DNA from: Felis catus
Lineage: Eukaryota
Direction: 5' to 3'
DNA: 64,000 bases
Assembly: GCF_018350175.1 (NCBI RefSeq)
Contig: NC_058383.1
Coordinates: 24,058,001-24,122,000 of the forward strand
Both the position numbers and the translations under genes were made by a program. Each line of letters opens with the position of its first letter. The stretch's first letter is position 1. Shown one piece after another: positions 1 through 13,565 of this stretch. The notes under the pieces are model-generated. The model was given only the letters and a program-made list of their open reading frames with translations, ran no database searches and was not told where the DNA came from.

Positions 1-365
1 CTACTAGTGAGGCTATTTTTTTTTACAATAATTGGCCATATACACATATATACAAACATTTTCCCTATGACTTGTTTGTTCGTGCCCTTTGCCTATTTTC
101 AATTATATTATACATGTTTAAAAACAAAAACAAAAATACTTTTAAAGCTCTTTGCTCAGAGACATTTGTCCTTTGTCAAAGATTTTTCAAATACAGTAAT
201 TTTTTTTTACATAAATGTTGAATTCTGCTTTCTAAAACAAAACAACCTGAGAATTAAAATCCCATCACATAGTGCCTGAGGACTGTAAACATAAACAGAG
301 GACTGAGTTATCAAATTTCATTCAATCATGTGCTCACATAATTAGTTACTGTTCTTTTAAAAAAA

Positions 366-572
366 TTTTTTGTTTTAATATTTATTTATTTTTGAGAAAG
401 AGAGACAGAGTGCGAGTGGGGGAGAAATAGAAAGAGAGACACAGAATCTGAAGCAGGCTCCAGGGTCCGAGCTATGAGCACAAAGCCCGATGCAGGGCTG
501 GAACTCACGAACCACGAGATCATGACCTGAGCTGAAGTCAGACGCTCAACCGACTGAGCGACCCAGGCGCCC
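366..572 (-). mobile_element. CanSINE
   Basis: GGGGCGCCTGGGT.. tRNA-derived head, (CT)n tract and A tail; TSD ~TTAGTTACTGTTCT. Confidence 0.92.
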
Positions 573-628
573 CAATTAGTTACTGTTCTCAAGGAAACAA
601 ACTGACCTGCAAGCAATTCCCAACTTAC

Positions 629-686
629 CAAGTCCGATCAAAGCCATTCTCGCACTTGTAAAATGGTTCTGCACATAGTTATGTAA
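629..686 (-). CDS. UQCRC2: UQCRC2 exon 8 (LHNYVQNHFTSARMALIGL); the gene continues beyond the window start
   Basis: CAG acceptor, 58 nt, GTAAGT donor. Confidence 0.95.
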
Positions 687-1954
687 CTGAGGAAGTTAAA
701 AACATTTATGAGGTTATATAGGTAGAAATACAAAACACTAACAATTAAAACTGCAGCGCAAGAGAAAATAAAAACTCAGGCTTAAAGGCTGCTGTAGTGA
801 ACTAGAATACCTAGTGCTGAATTATACAGATTTAATTTTTTTTTAATACGGATTTAATTTTTAAAACTATTGCTGAAATTCAGAACTAGAACTTAACGTG
901 ATGATGGTTACAGAACTATGAACATAATGAAAACCACTGAACTGTGCACTTTAAGTAGGTGAACTATACAGTACATGAATTATATCTCAATAAATCTGTA
1001 CTGAAAAAAAGGAATTAAAAAAGGCCTGAAAAAATCAGAGCACACACTGGCTTGAACTTGAAAAAAAATGAGACTAAGTTTATGATTTTTATTATAAGAT
1101 GATTTTAGCAGATGTGCATCAGATTTGTCTCTTTATAGACAGTAATAAGGTACCACTAACATTCTACCGTAGGGCTAACAGTTATATCACCATATCCCTC
1201 CTATATCCTTCACACTCATCTTTGAAGGGTTCCTTGTCAGGAGATTACAGTCTATATCAGGGTTTCCAACCTGGATAACAAAATTAGCTGGAGCTTAAGA
1301 AACAAAAACAAACACTGTCACTGTCTCTGACCCCCACCCCATTCCTAGGCCCACTCTACAAACTGATATACTAGATTCAATGTGGAATCAGAACCTTGGT
1401 TTAAAACCAACCAACCATCTGCCCATCCAATGAATCCCCGGGTGATCTGAGATCAGTGAGATTTGCGAATCACTGGTTTATATTATTTAGACCTAACATA
1501 CAAAAGTAGGGCTAAAACATACTCTCAACAGGCCCACTATTGCTCCCAAGGGACTGAAAATTGGCTCCTGGGGGCAAGAAAAACATTTTACTCCTTTCAT
1601 ATATAGAACACAAATATATATATGTACACATATATAAACACAGAGTGTATCTATGATATTAAAAATTCTGGGTATAAGAAATTGGCTAAAAAAAGTTCCC
1701 TGGGAATGGGTCATATTAAAAATCACTAGGCTAAGGTAATGAGACTGAATCAAGTTACCACAATTTATGCCCTAAAGCCAATGGTGCTTAAATCTCTGGA
1801 ATCACCCTGGAAAGTTATATATATATATTTTTTCTACTGAATGCTGCCATTGCTCAAGGTAGTCTACCACCAATTTTTTTAGGATTTCCTTTAAGGACAC
1901 AATTAAAAATGCTAATAATTTTGAGATAACCATGGTTAACATCTTGCCCAGGAG

Positions 1955-1965
1955 ACAGACAGACA

Positions 1966-2012
<47 letters not shown>

Positions 2013-2022
2013 CACACACACA
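1955..2022. repeat. (CAGA)n(CA)n microsatellite
   Basis: Read directly; other microsatellites are (GA)n at ~24940-24995 and (CA)n at ~46554-46586. Confidence 0.95.
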
Positions 2023-3272
2023 CTTTATTTTCTAAAATTGGGACCCTACGGTATATCCTATTTGTAAATTGTCTTTTCTTCACTTGATAATATGCTATGA
2101 AATTTTTCCGTATCAATATTTTTGGATGACTGAATAAGTCCATTCTACAGATAACTAAGTGAGTTATTCAGTCCCAGAAAGTAGGGTATTTAACTTGTGT
2201 CTCATTTTTCACAATTATAAGCAATCTTACAGTTGACATTCTTGTAGATGTTTTGCTCTATATATTCTTTTGGTTATCTTAATAATATATTTTCACATGG
2301 GTGAAATTGATTTCTGAAAAATTTCAAAACTCACTGACGGCCAGTCTTACAAAAAATGCTTAGCATTTAAGTTGGATCATATCAGTTATAATTTTTTTTT
2401 AAAGTGCCATATGAATGGGAGGCATTAAACTGTTGATTGATACGCGGACGGTTTTCTAACCAGGAAATAAAAGAGTAAAGGGATAGAATATACAATTCAG
2501 TTTGCTCTAGTGGCTAACCAGAAATGAAAGAATAAAACCTTAATTTCCAAGTTATATATACTTTGCGAGTATTAATAGTTCCCAATTCTTCTCTTTCTTT
2601 TGCAAATTTTTCTCTTAATATTTTTTGATAAAAAAAATTTTGGGGGGGGATGGAATAGGAAATTAAGATTACATATGCATATCTACACTTGCAGGTTTGA
2701 TACTCAAGGTTTCAGTTTCACATTTTAGAAGTGAAGTTTTAGGTTATACATACGGCTGTGACATGTGGCAAGTCTGTACTGCCAGCAAAGTGAGGCCAGT
2801 GTGCTGGAGGAGGCGAACGAGCTAGTAAGCAGGCTAACGAGGGATGGGAAGTGATAACGGGTTCATTCCTATCTGCCTATTCAGAGGAGTTAAAGAAGAC
2901 TTTTGGTCACAAGATTACTAAATTTAACATTTAAATACTGCTTTAAAAAGACACATATAAACAGAGAAAGGTCTAGAGGAAAATATATCTAGGCAGTAAC
3001 ATTCAGTGACTTTAGGTATGTGAAATGTTTTCTTTTTTACTTGTTCTGGATTTTTCTGAAATTCATATATTCCTTTTGTGATTCAAAACTTTAAGTTAAA
3101 AGCTGTAAAAATTGTTCAGATAGAATTTTAGTTAAAAAGCCAAGCTGATGGAAAAAAAAAAAAAAAGCCAGGAGGTGAATTTTTTAAATTTGAAGATGAA
3201 AAGAAAAATTAACAAACCTGAAATGGCAGTGAAAAGCAGCACACTGTAAAAGGTAATGTGTTTTATCAGTAC

Positions 3273-3370
3273 CTCATCTGGTGTCACTTTTCCAATCCTA
3301 TAATCAGGGCAATACAGGGAATTAGCCAAGGCATTTCGGTAAGCTGCAGCATGCAAATTTTCAATGACAC
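3273..3370 (-). CDS. UQCRC2: UQCRC2 exon 7 ([32 protein letters not shown])
   Basis: CAG acceptor, 98 nt, GT donor; also visible inside ORF 3132..3425. Confidence 0.97.
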
Positions 3371-5148
3371 CTGTAAAATAAGTAAAGAAGCACTTGTGGA
3401 AATACAATTCAAATAAAGTCAACATTTTCAGAACCTGGAAAGCAATGAGACTACACTTTTGGTCACCTTATGGCATTCAAGTGTTAAGATTAAGGCTTGA
3501 ATTTTAAAATTCTGCCAGTTGAATGTGCTGAGAAAAGCAAGAAATTATGTGAAAGCAGCTTCTACATCACGGGGTCCACCTGATCACTTCTCTCAGCTAC
3601 CTGGTATCGTCTGGAAACTATAATGGTCTGGGTTTCAGCAAGTCTGAACTGAGTTATAGCTCTGCTACCAACATGCCATGTGATCTTGGATAAGTCATTT
3701 ACCTGAATTTTACTCCGAGGCTCTCTAAGTAATGAGGAGTTGTCAGGTTAAAAAGAGGTATGAAAGTGCCAGTGTTAAGTCATCTTACTAGCTCTCGGAG
3801 GTCAAACTGCACTCCTCACTGGTGATTGGCACTGTTCTTGCTTTCCTGCTTCAGTCAGTGTCTTTGAGGTATGTCCCTTTCATTTGCTCATTATTTGGGC
3901 AATTTCTCTATGCCAGGCACTGTGTTAGGTGCTGGAAATAGAGACATGAGTAAGACACAATGCCTGCCCTCAAAATGTTGAGAGGAAAAACTGTGAAAGC
4001 ATGATGAAGCTGATGTCAGCAGGATGTGAAAAAAGCAGCAGGGGCACAAGGGAAGGGCAGTGGGAATCAGGAAGGAGCACCAGAAGTAAAATCCAGGATG
4101 AGTCTTACATAAGGAGTAGGTGTTTCCCAGGAGAATGATTAGGGAGTGGCATTTCAGGCAGAGAAAACAGACAAAAGCATCCAGTAGGATAACAGATTCA
4201 AAAGGGGAAATGCAGTTGGGAGGGGAAGAAGATAGAACAAAAAGCGAAGGAGGTAGGCAGGGGTCAGATGGTGAAAGTTATCACACATGCTAAGTTGAAG
4301 AGTTTGAACTTTATGCAACAGAGACTGAGAAGCCTTTAAACGGTTTTCATGAAGGATCGCTTGATGGCAATGTGGGAGATGGACGAAGATGTAGACCTGG
4401 GGGCAGACACCAGCCAGGAGACAGCAATAACTGTTCAGATAGAAAGGATGAAGGCTGGAACCTCACTGCTAACAGCAGGGAAGAAATAGAGAATTGTAGA
4501 AAAGATGACTTACAGGCCATCTATTTCTTTGGTGGAGGTCCAGAGTAATGAAGACCATACTCCTTTGTAAAACAGTATCACTAACATAATATTAGCTAAC
4601 ATAAATCAAGCTCTCATACGTTCCAGACACTGACAGGCCTGCGTTCTGAGTGAAGCGCATCCCATGCTGAGCCCCTGCAGCTGGTCACCTGCTTAGACCC
4701 GAGTGGTCCACCTGCACGCTTCTGCTCCTGCCGAACCTGTGTGACTTCCAAGAGTCGGTGCTGCTTGTTTACGTATTTGTTTTGCTAGTCACACTTGTCG
4801 ACAGTTATCATATAAACACAAAATACGAACACCAAAAAAGCTAAAAAAAAAAAAAGTAAGTTGCTTCCTTTGGAAACATCTAGTAAAGGTGAGTTGCCTC
4901 AGCAATAATAGCAGCACCAATTATGAACTGTTGCTCGGTTTGGTGTAAGCAAACTACTGAAAAAACACTGGATTCTAAATACTAAAACAGGGATTCTATA
5001 ATTAATTTACCTACCATCAAAGATGAAAAATAATCAACAACATAAATGTTTAGAAACAAAAGAACACAGTTAAGAAACTAGACAAATTTTGGAAAAGTTA
5101 TTTATAAACTCAAGCAGAAGAAAATTTCAACAGCAATTTTTTTCCTCA

Positions 5149-5349
<201 letters not shown>

Positions 5350-5550
5350 TCAGGTCAAAAATTTAAAACCAAAGTCCATTCTACATAAATGTAATGCTCT
5401 CTATATTAAGTTTTAGGCCTTGTGGTAAGCATAGCGTTCTATAGTTCGTGACCAAAATCAGAGGTCATAACGCCACATTAAAAAGGACAAGAACTGAGCA
5501 GCTTAGGATTTCTTTAAAAGCAGATGGCCTCAGCACATGCAGATACTTAC

Positions 5551-5607
5551 ACATCATCTCGCAGACATTCCACGGTGTAGGCCATGTTTTCCCTGGTTGA
5601 AGTCACA
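5551..5607 (-). CDS. UQCRC2: UQCRC2 exon 5 (VTSTRENMAYTVECLRDDV)
   Basis: CAG acceptor, 57 nt, GTAAGT donor; phases fit both neighbours. Confidence 0.96.
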
Positions 5608-7092
5608 CTGAATCAGAAATAAATTACAATGAATTATCTAAATCAGAAAAATAAGCCTTCCTTATATCTTTGTTAAATCAACAAATTCCTCTGGAAAACT
5701 TATTCTGAAGTGTAAAAGCACACATATTCGTCAACTAAAGCTTGAAATATTTTAAAAAGTCTTTAAAGGGAGGAAATCTTGACATGTTACACATGGATGC
5801 ACCTTGAAGACACTAAACTACGTGAAATCAGAAATCAGAAAGAATATCATGATTCTGCTTTCAGGAGGAACCTAGAGAACTCTAAACCATACAACATAGA
5901 ATGGCCACTGTAAGGGGTGGCCAAAGACAGAAGGAGAGTTAGTGTTTAATAGCTAGAGCGTTTCAGTTGGGGAACAAAAAAAACATCCTGGAGATGTATA
6001 GTAGTGATGGTTTCCTAAAGCCACTTCATGCCAAAGACCTGTACACTTAAAGCAGTAAATTTTATGTATATTTTACCCTAACTAAAAAAAAATGGCAATT
6101 AAAGTTGAAGATCTCTTTGTACCCTTCTCTGGCTAACTCTTTCACTCCCTCTTTCCCACTCTAGAGACAAACACAATGGTAAGCACTATGTATTGTTTTT
6201 AAAATGATACCTTAAATATCTGTTGTTTCTCCACAAAACATTTAACTAGAATAATCTAGTTCATTCCTTAACTGCTGTATACTAGTCCCATATCACTAGA
6301 CTATACTTTATTTATCCATTTCCCTGAAGATGGCATTTAGATTGTTTCCAGTCTTTGTGCATGTGGATTAAAAACTTAGACTGTAAGGTATCTCATTTTC
6401 AGTATTACTAGATATTTGTTGATTCTTTCCTAAGTACTTGTATCAGTTTATTCCACTAACTGTAGAAGAGATTCTCCCTCTTAACACTGCCAACACCTTT
6501 TATAAATCTGACAGGTAACGGCATGACACTGTCGATTATAAGTAAAGATCAGTGTTTCTGGCTTCCTACTCTGGGAATAGACTGTTCCCATCCTTTGTCC
6601 GTCCATTTCCTATTTTGCTTGTCCTCTCCTAATTTGTAGTTCTTTATTTTTCCAAATAATCATTTCCGTGTTTATGTTGCAAATATTTACTGCCAGTTAC
6701 TTGAATTTTTACTTTAAGTCATAAAGATGTTTTACATTTTGATGTTGTCAAATTGATTAGCCTTCTTGTGTCTTCACAAATCCTTAATCACCTTGATAAG
6801 ATAGAAAAGTTCTCTTACAGTTGAGTATTTTCTGGTGGTCTCATCATTTCTTACTACTTATTTAAAAAAAAAATTTTTTTTTTAACATTTATTTATTTTT
6901 GAGACAGAGAGAGACAGAGCATGAACAGGGGAGGGGCAGAGAGAGAGGGAGACACAGAATCTGAAACAGGCTCCAGGCTCTGAGCTGTCAGCACAAAGCC
7001 TGACGTGGGGCTCAAACTCATGGACCGTGAGTCATGACCTGAGCTGAAGTCGGACGCTTAACCGACCAAGCCACCAGGCGCCCCTCTTATTA

Positions 7093-7209
<117 letters not shown>

Positions 7210-7555
7210 TTACTGCCAAACATCACACTGTATCACAATCTAATGTCTGATTGTCATTAGACTCAAAAAGAACTTTACCTAAATAGCAGATCCTTTTAAA
7301 GTTTGCCAAAAGTACGCTATAGTGTTTCTTTTCTTTTTTGTTTGTTTTACTTATGTATTTTTTTAAGTAGGCTTCACACCTAGCACAGAGCCCAAGGTGG
7401 GGCTTGAACTCACAACTGAGATGAAGACCTGAGCTGAGATCAAGGGTTGGATGCTTAATCAACTGAGCCACCCAGGTGCTACTACTATACTTCTTTTCTG
7501 TAAGACCATGATACTATAGCATTTCTGAACAAAGTGAGGCAGTAAAGACGCTTAC

Positions 7556-7705
7556 CAAACTGGATGCAAGACGAAGCAAATGAGAGGTTCCTAAGTTGTT
7601 GGAGTCCTCATATCTACTGCCTGCTTTAATGAACAAACCAATTCTTGATGCAGGAGCATAGTTTTCCAGAGAAGCAATCACTAAGCCATTTGGTAACTTG
7701 GTAAA
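7556..7705 (-). CDS. UQCRC2: UQCRC2 exon 3 ([50 protein letters not shown])
   Basis: CAG acceptor, 150 nt, GTAAG donor. M16 peptidase-like core protein sequence; 97-nt intron to exon 2. Confidence 0.97.
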
Positions 7706-7802
7706 CTGTATTTAAAATAAAGTAAGATGTGATCAATGTTTTCATATTACCAAAGACAGTAAGGCATGTATGGGTTTCAGTGAGCAACTCAGTGGGACTA
7801 AC

Positions 7803-7886
7803 CTCAAGGTCCTGAGGAAGCGGAGGCACTCCTGCAGGGGCAGCTGTGGTCTTCACTTTGGGAGCAACTTTCAGGGAATAAAACCT
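7803..7886 (-). CDS. UQCRC2: UQCRC2 exon 2 ([28 protein letters not shown])
   Basis: TAG acceptor, 84 nt, GTTAGT donor, in frame with exon 1. Confidence 0.96.
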
Positions 7887-9699
7887 CTAAACACAAAAAA
7901 GACAGGTTACCCAGATTTCTTTCAAGAACAATGTCTTATATTCTGGTGTGCCCAAGGAACAGGTGTCCAGTGATAAAATAACTTCACGGGAAGATTTGGC
8001 TGATTAACTTAGTATTACTGTCTCTTAAATCTCTATTTGTGTAGAGCCTGAAGGAATACCTAATCCTACGTGCTCATTTTTTTTTAATAATTTTTTTCAC
8101 ATTTATTTATTTTTGAGAGCGACAGAGCATAAGCAGGGGAGGGGCAGAGATAGAGGGAGACACAGAATCCAAAGCAGGCTCCAGGCTCTGCACTGTCAGC
8201 ACAGAGCCTGATGCGGGGCTCGAACCCACTAGCTGTGAGATCATGACCGGAGCCGAAGTTGGATGCTTAACTGAATGAGCTACCCAGGCACCCCAATGCT
8301 CATTTTTTAAAATGTAAAGAACTACTGTATTTTCTTTTCCCTTTTAGCCATCTTTTTTCTTATAACCATCCTATTAAAGCTTCAGGTGGTTCTTCCTGGT
8401 TCTAATGCTTTGGAATTTTTTTGAAAAGGTGTGGGACTGCCACATCCATTTTATTGATGTCAGCATTACTGTTTTCCTTATCTGCTCAGAGAATCTCATT
8501 TTAGCCTACTTCCCAAGGGAAGTGACTTCATCTCCATGATCATTTTAGTAACCTTTAAAAAAGAGAGTATACCAAGGAAAATTCCTCCAAGCCTCCAATA
8601 TTTTCCACAGTATCTTTACTGTCTTGCGTGCTACAGTAGGACCACACAACCAAGGGTTTTATTTCTTCGCCTAATATAAATTTTGATCATCCTGCTATTA
8701 ACAATAGCTTCAGCTACAGCAGATTGTCAGTTTATTATATGCAGCCACTGGAAAGGTAAAAGGGTCCTCTTAAATGCTGGATAACGGATCCAAAATGCAT
8801 AACTTTATTGTTTGTTTGTTTGTTTTTTGTCAAATGATATACACTGCTATAATATTCATCCTTAGGTTCCTGAGGTTATCAGCAGAGATGTTATCCCAAA
8901 ACCAAATGCACATACTGCTGGAGTTTCCTGAGGACTCCCATCAGAGGCTGCAATGCCCCTCCTCTATGATGTCCTGAAGGGCTGTTATATATTCAACATC
9001 AGTGCTGTACTGAGTTGGTTCCTAGTTTTCACTTGTTATTAGTACTTTTTAATTATAAATTACAATGAGCTTTGTTTTACTATCAATTTCGTTTGCTGGG
9101 TGTGGTACGTTTAATTCTACTTGTGATTTTGGTTTTCGATTTTCATAGCTGTTCAAGTATGAATAATCTATAGTTCCACTGTTAAGGGAGATTTAGGTGC
9201 TTTTCCCTCAAGAAACAGCTTTGTTGATTATGTACCGTCCTTAATTGGTCCCATTCAAATCAGTTGCAAAGAATTATCCTCGTAATTGTCATGCAATTAC
9301 TAGATTACGTTAATACCCAAATATGTATAAACTTATTCTTCTGTAAAGTAAGTGATATAATTGGGAACATTAATTGTTTTCAAGTTTACTACAATTTGTT
9401 TACATTAGTCCTCTCCAGTTCTGTTACCTTTGAGTACTTTCATCTACTGGAAAGTGGGGATGGATGGAATGGAGATTTTGGGGTGTTTTGCTAGTTTAAC
9501 TAGGCTGCTCTCAGAGTTGTTAATTACTGGTTTGTCTAGGTGTGCTAGGAAGGGTAATTTAGGTGATACTGTAGTCTAAATGGCAGCCCTTTATATATCC
9601 ACAGTGTATCTATTTAAACATTAGGCACAGGGAAACTCCATTCCCTGTTCTTCTTCACCACTCTCTAGCAGGTTACTAGGTTATCTAGTAACCAGATTC

Positions 9700-9872
9700 T
9701 ACCGGCATCTTGGGCTAATTTTTTGTTATGGGGGAATGTGTTTGCACACTGTAGGAATTTAGCAGCACTTCTGGCCTCTAGATGCCAGGTACGTTCCCCC
9801 AAAGGGTATTATAACCAAAAATGTATGCAGATACTACCAAGTATTCCCTGGCAGCAAACCTTGCCCGCCTGA
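9700..9872. mobile_element. MER20-like hAT element
   Basis: GTAGGAATTTAGCAGCACTTCTGGCCTCTAGATGCCAG..ACCAAAAATGT motif; a second copy lies at ~28855-29020. Confidence 0.65.
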
Positions 9873-9873
9873 G

Positions 9874-10336
9874 TTTTTTTTTTTTTTTTTTAACGTTTAT
9901 TTATTATTGAGAGACCGAGAGACACAGAGCATTAGCAGGGGAGGGGCCGAGAGATGGAGACACACAGAATCTGAAGCAGGCTCCAGGCTCTGAGCCGTCA
10001 GCACAGAGCCCTACGCGGGGCTCCAACTCACGGACCGAGAGATCATGACCTGAGCCAAACTCGGTGCTTACCCGACTGAGCCACCCAGGGGCCCCGCCCA
10101 CCTGAGATTTTTTTTTTCTTTTTCTTTTTTTTAAATTTTTTTTAACGTTTATTTATTTTTGAGACAGAGCATGAACGGGGGAGGGGCAGAGAGAGAGGGA
10201 GACACAGAATTGGAAGCAGGCTCCAGGCTCTGAGCCATCAGCCCAGAGCCCGACGCGGGGCTCGAACTCACGGACCGCGAGATCGTGACCTGAGCTGAAG
10301 TCGGCGGCTTAACCGACTGAGCCACCCAGGCGCCCC
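9874..10336 (-). mobile_element. Two tandem CanSINEs (~9874-10095, ~10108-10336)
   Basis: A CCTGAG(A)TTTTT target sequence is present three times. Confidence 0.92.
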
Positions 10337-10699
10337 TGAGATTTTTAAAAGTGTTCCTCACTTCCCCTGATGATAACCTCCACTCCACAGTGATAGCACG
10401 CTGACATTTGAGGAGTCTTCCCCAAGTGACGGCTGTTTTGTCTGGGTTGAATGAGAAGTCTTAAGCGGCTCCCGAGGGCTGACCCTGAGCCCCTCCTAGA
10501 ATTCTCTAACATCAAGAAAAATACGTTATACTGCTGGGGCACCGTAATAAGTTTCAGGCACAGTGATAAGCACTGTACGGCAAATTTGCTTATTTTCTCC
10601 ATAACATTTTACTCATAAGCTCAACTTAACCGTTGGGGAAACTGATGCTCCGTGATACACTAAGAAGCAGGGGCCGGGGCTGACAGGGTAAGGGTGGAG

Positions 10700-11700
10700 G
10701 GCTAGGTACTCGCCGGCTTCCTTGCCCCCTAGGACTCGCTGTCTCCTCCTGTACGCCAAGTGCAGCAGTGACCTTCAGAGGTCTCTCCACCGAGTCACTT
10801 CACCTCCACTCTCAAGCTCTTTCCCTCTCCTTTTCAGGTTTTCCGGCGGTAGGTCTCTTCTGCTCGTAGCACGAGCTGGGCCTCCAATGCGCGACCCACT
10901 CAGCTTGCAGCCCACTTGGCCCGCAGAATTCGGCTGAAGGGCAGACGGAAGCCCAAGGCCCCGAAACTCCAAACCAAGCACCACCGGCCCGTATCACCTG
11001 ACATGCTGACAAACTGCTCCCCAACCTTTCCCCAAGCCCACCGGCTGTGCTCACCGAAAAAGACCCGGCTCTGCTTAGCAGCTTCATGGCTCAAGATTGC
11101 TCTAATCCACGGTCACAGCCGGTTAAAGGAAAGCAAGATGGTGGCTGACGACGGAGTTTCCCAGCTTCCCCCGCGACACTCTTTTCCCACGCTTTCTACG
11201 TAAGAGGACTCTCTATGCGGACAGCACTCTACTGCTCCCCGGAGGAGGTTGGGCCAGTCCAATTACTCTAAGACGCAGGATAGGCAGACGCATAATTTTG
11301 TAAGTAAATAATCAGAAGATTACTTATGTTACCACTTTTTGGGTTCTGGTCCTGGCCCGGATATCCACTCTGTAATCCTGCTCTACTTCTACGACATCCC
11401 ATTACAACCCCCCGCCCCCGCACTTTGGATTCTCCCGATCCGGATTGTCCAATGAGAGAGCCCCCTTTCCCGGGATCCCACCCGCGGTCACTGGATTTAC
11501 CCTTGCTCTTGCGCTCCCGCACTTTTCTGCTCTCTTTCGGCCGGCGCTTTCGGAGAGACTTTCGTTATCTATTTGCTTTTTTGCAGAGACGGGCTTCGAG
11601 TCCGGACGTGACTGTCTCTTGCTTGGGAAAGTCCTCATTAGATCATTAGCTTTCTGAGAATAGAGGTCTTGTCCAATGAACTTGCTGCTCTAACTCCCAG
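10700..11700 (-). promoter_or_regulatory. UQCRC2: UQCRC2 CpG-rich promoter / first-exon region
   Basis: Raised CpG density around the ATG; YY1-like CAAGATGGTGGC at ~11134-11145; GC box CCCCGCCCCC at ~11410; CCAAT at ~11450; TCCCA-containing ZNF143-like elements at ~11158-11195. Confidence 0.8.
11055..11087 (-). CDS. UQCRC2: UQCRC2 (cytochrome b-c1 complex core protein 2) coding exon 1, MKLLSRAGSFS
   Basis: ATG at 11087-11085, 33 nt, then a GTGAGC donor. Matches the UQCRC2 presequence start (human MKLLTRAGSFS). Confidence 0.96.
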
Positions 11701-13551
11701 AACAGGCGGGGGATACAAATGGGCTGAGTCCTGAAACCGAGGCAGTCCTTACAATTAAGGTCTCTGCTTTCATGAAATTTATATTCTAGGCCGAGGCTAC
11801 GTAGAAAACAAAAATTTAACTACACTTTTCGTATGCGAAAAATTAAAATGTTTTGAATATCAGGTCTGTGTGTTGGGGGTACTTCTGAGCTGAAACCTGC
11901 ATACTAGGAGTCCTGTGACTATCCAGGGGAAGAAAGTTCACCCCTCTTCAATGAGTATTAACTCATGACTCATGAAGTCACCTTCCATGGCTGTGCTAAA
12001 GATTGAGACGTGGTCCCCTGTCCTTCAGGAACTTACAGTCTCGTACTGTGCTATCGTAGCACGGTTGGGGGAAAACAACATTAACACCATTTAGAGTTAG
12101 AAATGCAGAATCTACATACTGAATCAGAATCTGCATTTTACAAGAATTGCACATTGAAATTTCAGAAGGGCTGGTGGTGCTTTAGACATTTACAAGGCAT
12201 AGACGAACTTATGTCTAACTCTTTGGTCTGTAGCTAACTGGCTTCACGCCTACAACTGTCTAACAGGATTTCAGGTGACACCTGGTCATTAAGAATCTGA
12301 TGCAGGAGTGGAGGGATGCCATGTGGAAGGAACTTTCATCACTCATAGCTTTGTCTTTCCCTGGTTACAGTTATTAGTAACCCGTTTATTTGTTCAGAGG
12401 TCCAGTTCCTTGTCTGGAGCCCAAGAATGATTTGAGAGAACCTAGGTTATATTTCTGCTCAACTCCAGTTTAACATTAAGAGGTCCGAAGAGAGCGAAAA
12501 GCATATATACTGGCATCCAGCTCTTTAAGGATATCAAAAGGGAATTTTCAAGTCATTTTTTGTACAATGTAGCTGTTCAAATTAGCATACAATCATTTTC
12601 TTTATAAATAAAAATTTTCAACTTTCAAAAAATTAATCTAAGTCAAGGGTAAATGGGCATCTATTGTACTATTCCCTCAGCTTTTCTTTACATTTGAAAT
12701 TTTTCAAAAAGTGGAAAATTATTTTTGGAATATTTATGTCAAACATTCTAATTTCTTCTATGTGCAGTGGCAATAAAATTTACTTGGGGACATGGAAAAA
12801 AAAAGTATCTGATGCAAACCCAATTTCTGTGCTTTCAGGGGGCACCCCTAACTCAGTCCATACCACACAGGAGAGTGACCCAAAGTGTGGGAGACTTAAC
12901 ACTATAGCGGTGCATGAGATAATTTTAAGTTTATAAATGAATATTGTTCCATTTCAACAGTTGTACATTTATTTTGGAAATTGATTATGGCAAGCAATAC
13001 TAGTAATGAGTTTCCTCTTTAAATACATTATAAGAGAGTAAAAGTAGGTTTAAACAACACTGAGTAAATTAACTACTGGTAACAGTTATGGCAAAAATCA
13101 TGAAGGTGCTATACCAATGAGTGAAATTGGGGAAACATTGCTCTGATCAAGTCACCCACCTGCTTAAAATTTTTCAATGATTCCCCATGTTTTTCAAGAT
13201 AAAGTTCAAATTCATTAACATGGAATATAAACCTCTATTTCCAGTGCTTTTTAAGCATTACCCCCCAAATTAGCTGCACCCCTGAGAGTCCAGTCATTGG
13301 AATTTCATTCAACAGTTCAGGTTAGGTGGGATACACACACACACGCATACACACACCTATTTAGAATGTTCCCTTGTAATAAATATCACCCACACCTCAA
13401 AATTTAACTGTGACCCAAACAAAAAATTGTTAATATGTGGTAGGAATTGAAATATAATTCATGATATCACTTACATAAATAATATAATTCTAAGTTTATT
13501 CATGTTTTGTACCACCGCAAATTTCCTATTGTTATACACTACAAAGTAGGA

Positions 13552-13565
13552 CTGCCATCTTGTGG
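13552..13565 (-). promoter_or_regulatory. Candidate CTCF site (CCACAAGATGGCAG)
   Basis: Close match to the CTCF core CCASYAGRKGGCRS with one mismatch, ~2.4 kb upstream of UQCRC2. Confidence 0.5.

Noticed and set aside
9671..9693. 9-bp hairpin GGTTACTAG-5nt-CTAGTAACC in UQCRC2 intron 1
   Set aside because: A stem this short is expected by chance in 64 kb, and there is no supporting RNA-gene context.
10722..11657. Several ORFs around the UQCRC2 start
   Set aside because: CpG-island artefacts; only the first 11 codons of 10812..11087 are real coding sequence.
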